The notes under the pieces were generated by a model, which saw only the letters and a list, made by a program, of their open reading frames with translations, did no database searches and was not told the DNA's origin. Made by a program: the position numbers and the translations under genes. Below are positions 62,081-64,000 of a stretch of 64,000 nt of DNA, in pieces. Numbering within the stretch: position 1 is the first letter of the stretch; each line of letters opens with the position of its first letter. The stretch comes from Veleropilina oligotropha (taxonomy: Eukaryota). The stretch lies in NCBI GenBank assembly GCA_048128005.1, contig JBEUKZ010000063.1, forward strand, positions 1 to 64,000, written 5' to 3'.

Positions 62081-62677
62081 TGCTTCGAGGACATTCGCTC
62101 CTTACTTCTGGGCATTTATTTTCTATTTTCTGGGCGATGACAAGGTCCAACTTTCAATCATATGTTGATCAATATCCCCAAGAGAATGGAACCACCAGCA
62201 TATGGCACTTGTCTCGATAGTTATTGAACCATAGTCATACATAGTATTTCTGGCATGCCAAATCCGGGCTCTACCTTCTGTTATAATAAAAAGAAACCGA
62301 TTGCGGTCCGGTCAGTTCGGACTCCTCCATCACTGGATGTTTCATCTGACCTTCGAATTACAACACCGAGAACGTGTCTGCTGATGTCGTAGCCAGAGAA
62401 AGACTTGTGCGTCGGATAGGACGTAATGTTGCAAGAGCAGCAGTATTAAGTCTTTTGTCAACAGTGCATGGAATGGATACCTTGTTGCTGATTGATCATT
62501 CCTCTCGAAGAAAACGGCTACTCAATCTTGGTGTTCGGCTGACCTGTCTCACAAGGACTCTATTCTTACAAACGGTGGATCTCTTGGTCTCTCTGTCCTT
62601 GCCGTATCCCTGACACTGCATGTTGCTACACATTTTTCACTTCACGATCGATGAATGTATGGGTCAGCCTGATTCCG

Positions 62678-63290
62678 AATAATAATAATAATAATAAAGT
62701 TAACATTTGTATAGCGCCTTTTCCAACGAAATTGCTCAGAGGCGCTTAGGCGAAGGCACTGTCAAATAAGTGTGCTTTCAGGGCACGTTTGAATAGTTCG
62801 AGGTCAGAAATTTGTTGTAGAGCCTCTGGTAGATCGTTCCAGAGAGTTGGACCGGATCTTGAAAAGGACCTATCGCCAAATGATTTTCTTTTGGTGGTTG
62901 GAACGATCAGCATTCGCGATGCCCTGTGTCGAAGTGGCCGTCTTGGGACGTAATGCTTTAATAACTCTTTGATATATGTCGGACCAAGATTGTGCAGAGA
63001 TTTGAAAACGAATGTCAGAATTTTAAACATAATTCGATATCTTACTGGTAACCAATGAAGTTCCTTGAGCACAGGTGTTATGTGTTCATGGCGTCGAGTT
63101 CCGGTAATGAGCCTGGCGGCACTGTTCTGCACTCTTTGAATTTTATTTAGTGATTGTTCTGATGCTCCATGCATGAGACTGTTGCAATAGTCAATACGTG
63201 ATGTCACAAAGGCGTTGATGAGTGTTTTCGTTGCATGTGCTCCTATAAATCGCTTGATTTGACCAAAATGATAACGCAGCATCCTTTTCT
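62678..63290 (-). mobile_element. 5'-truncated L2-clade LINE 3' end
   Basis: SRIDYCNSL, QNSAARLI, HITPVLKELHWLPV and GDRSFS..GPTLWNDLP; aagcgcc..ggcgctat 3' motif and a (TTA)n tail. Confidence 0.9.
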
Positions 63291-63479
63291 TGTCAGTCAA
63301 GATTCGTCATACCATTTTGAACGAAAACGACAACCTTCAAAGGTCCATCATATCTCTTGGCTTGGCTTCGAGAACGAACGAATATTTATAAAGGCGTTCC
63401 TCGTCTGATGCAGTCACGCTAGTGGCTGCTGAAACTTATGCGCGATGTGCTACAGCGGCTGCAGGGGAGGGACTGAGAA

Positions 63480-64000
63480 TGTACTGGTGCTGTTAATTGT
63501 ACCACTTCGGTTTTGCGGCGCTGCCTCTTTTCTTCTGGCTCTAGGGTTGTTCTCGATTACTAAGGTGGCTTGGGTGACGGTTTGCCGCCATGATTCTCTG
63601 TTGGCAGCCTTGGCTGTCCACTGGCATTTGTAAATGACACAGATGGTGGGTGTCTTTGTGCCTCTTTCGCGTCGCTCCTCTGTCACGGTAGCCAGTGGAC
63701 AGACAGCTCACCAAAAAACAACCGTTGGGAGGCGGTGGTCCTTCATTCTGGCCGTGTCATGCTCATCTCAGCTGTATCTTGAGCAGCATTGCTTCGATAC
63801 TGGTGGCTTTCGCAGGTTCAAGGACTTCGATGTTTTTGATGAAGGCACTTTTGTAGGTGTTGAGGGGGAGATCGAGGCAGTGTTGATCGAATCGCTAAAA
63901 TAGGTGTATATGACAGCGATAGGTCACTCAAGACTCCGCGCCATACAGAAGGATGTCAGAGCTATTGATTTGTAGACGCTGTCTTGGGTTTTTTGTCGGT
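63480..64000 (-). mobile_element. Degenerate RTE-clade LINE fragment
   Basis: RLFFGELS and W.AKAANRESWRQTV..RARRK peptides in different frames. Confidence 0.5.

Overview
Repeat-rich, intron-containing animal genomic DNA. The repeat families look invertebrate and probably molluscan, but this cannot be proven from the window. One host gene was reconstructed: a 12-exon, + strand mitochondrial carrier homolog (MTCH2-like, CDS 26869-47702, 305 aa, all introns GT-AG). Two full-length DIRS-type tyrosine-recombinase retrotransposons are present, at 37887-45241 (inside MTCH2 intron 8) and 52161-59556. Each has inverted terminal repeats, an internal complementary region (ICR), and gag, RT-RNaseH-MTase and YR coding regions. 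The most striking unexplained signal is that their ~1 kb 5' leader and ~0.75-0.85 kb 3' trailer are non-coding yet form position-conserved chains of stem-loops with compensatory substitutions between the two copies, bounded by conserved splice-like signals. The rest of the window holds a 7 kb decayed Sola1-like DNA transposon with repetitive cargo, a CR1-like LINE with a twin-priming-type 5' inversion, LINE fragments (RTE-X, L2, RTE), tRNA-derived SINEs, Helentron-associated (HINE-like) elements, MITEs and palindromes, and micro- and minisatellites. All comparisons were made by eye and no searches or folding computations were run.
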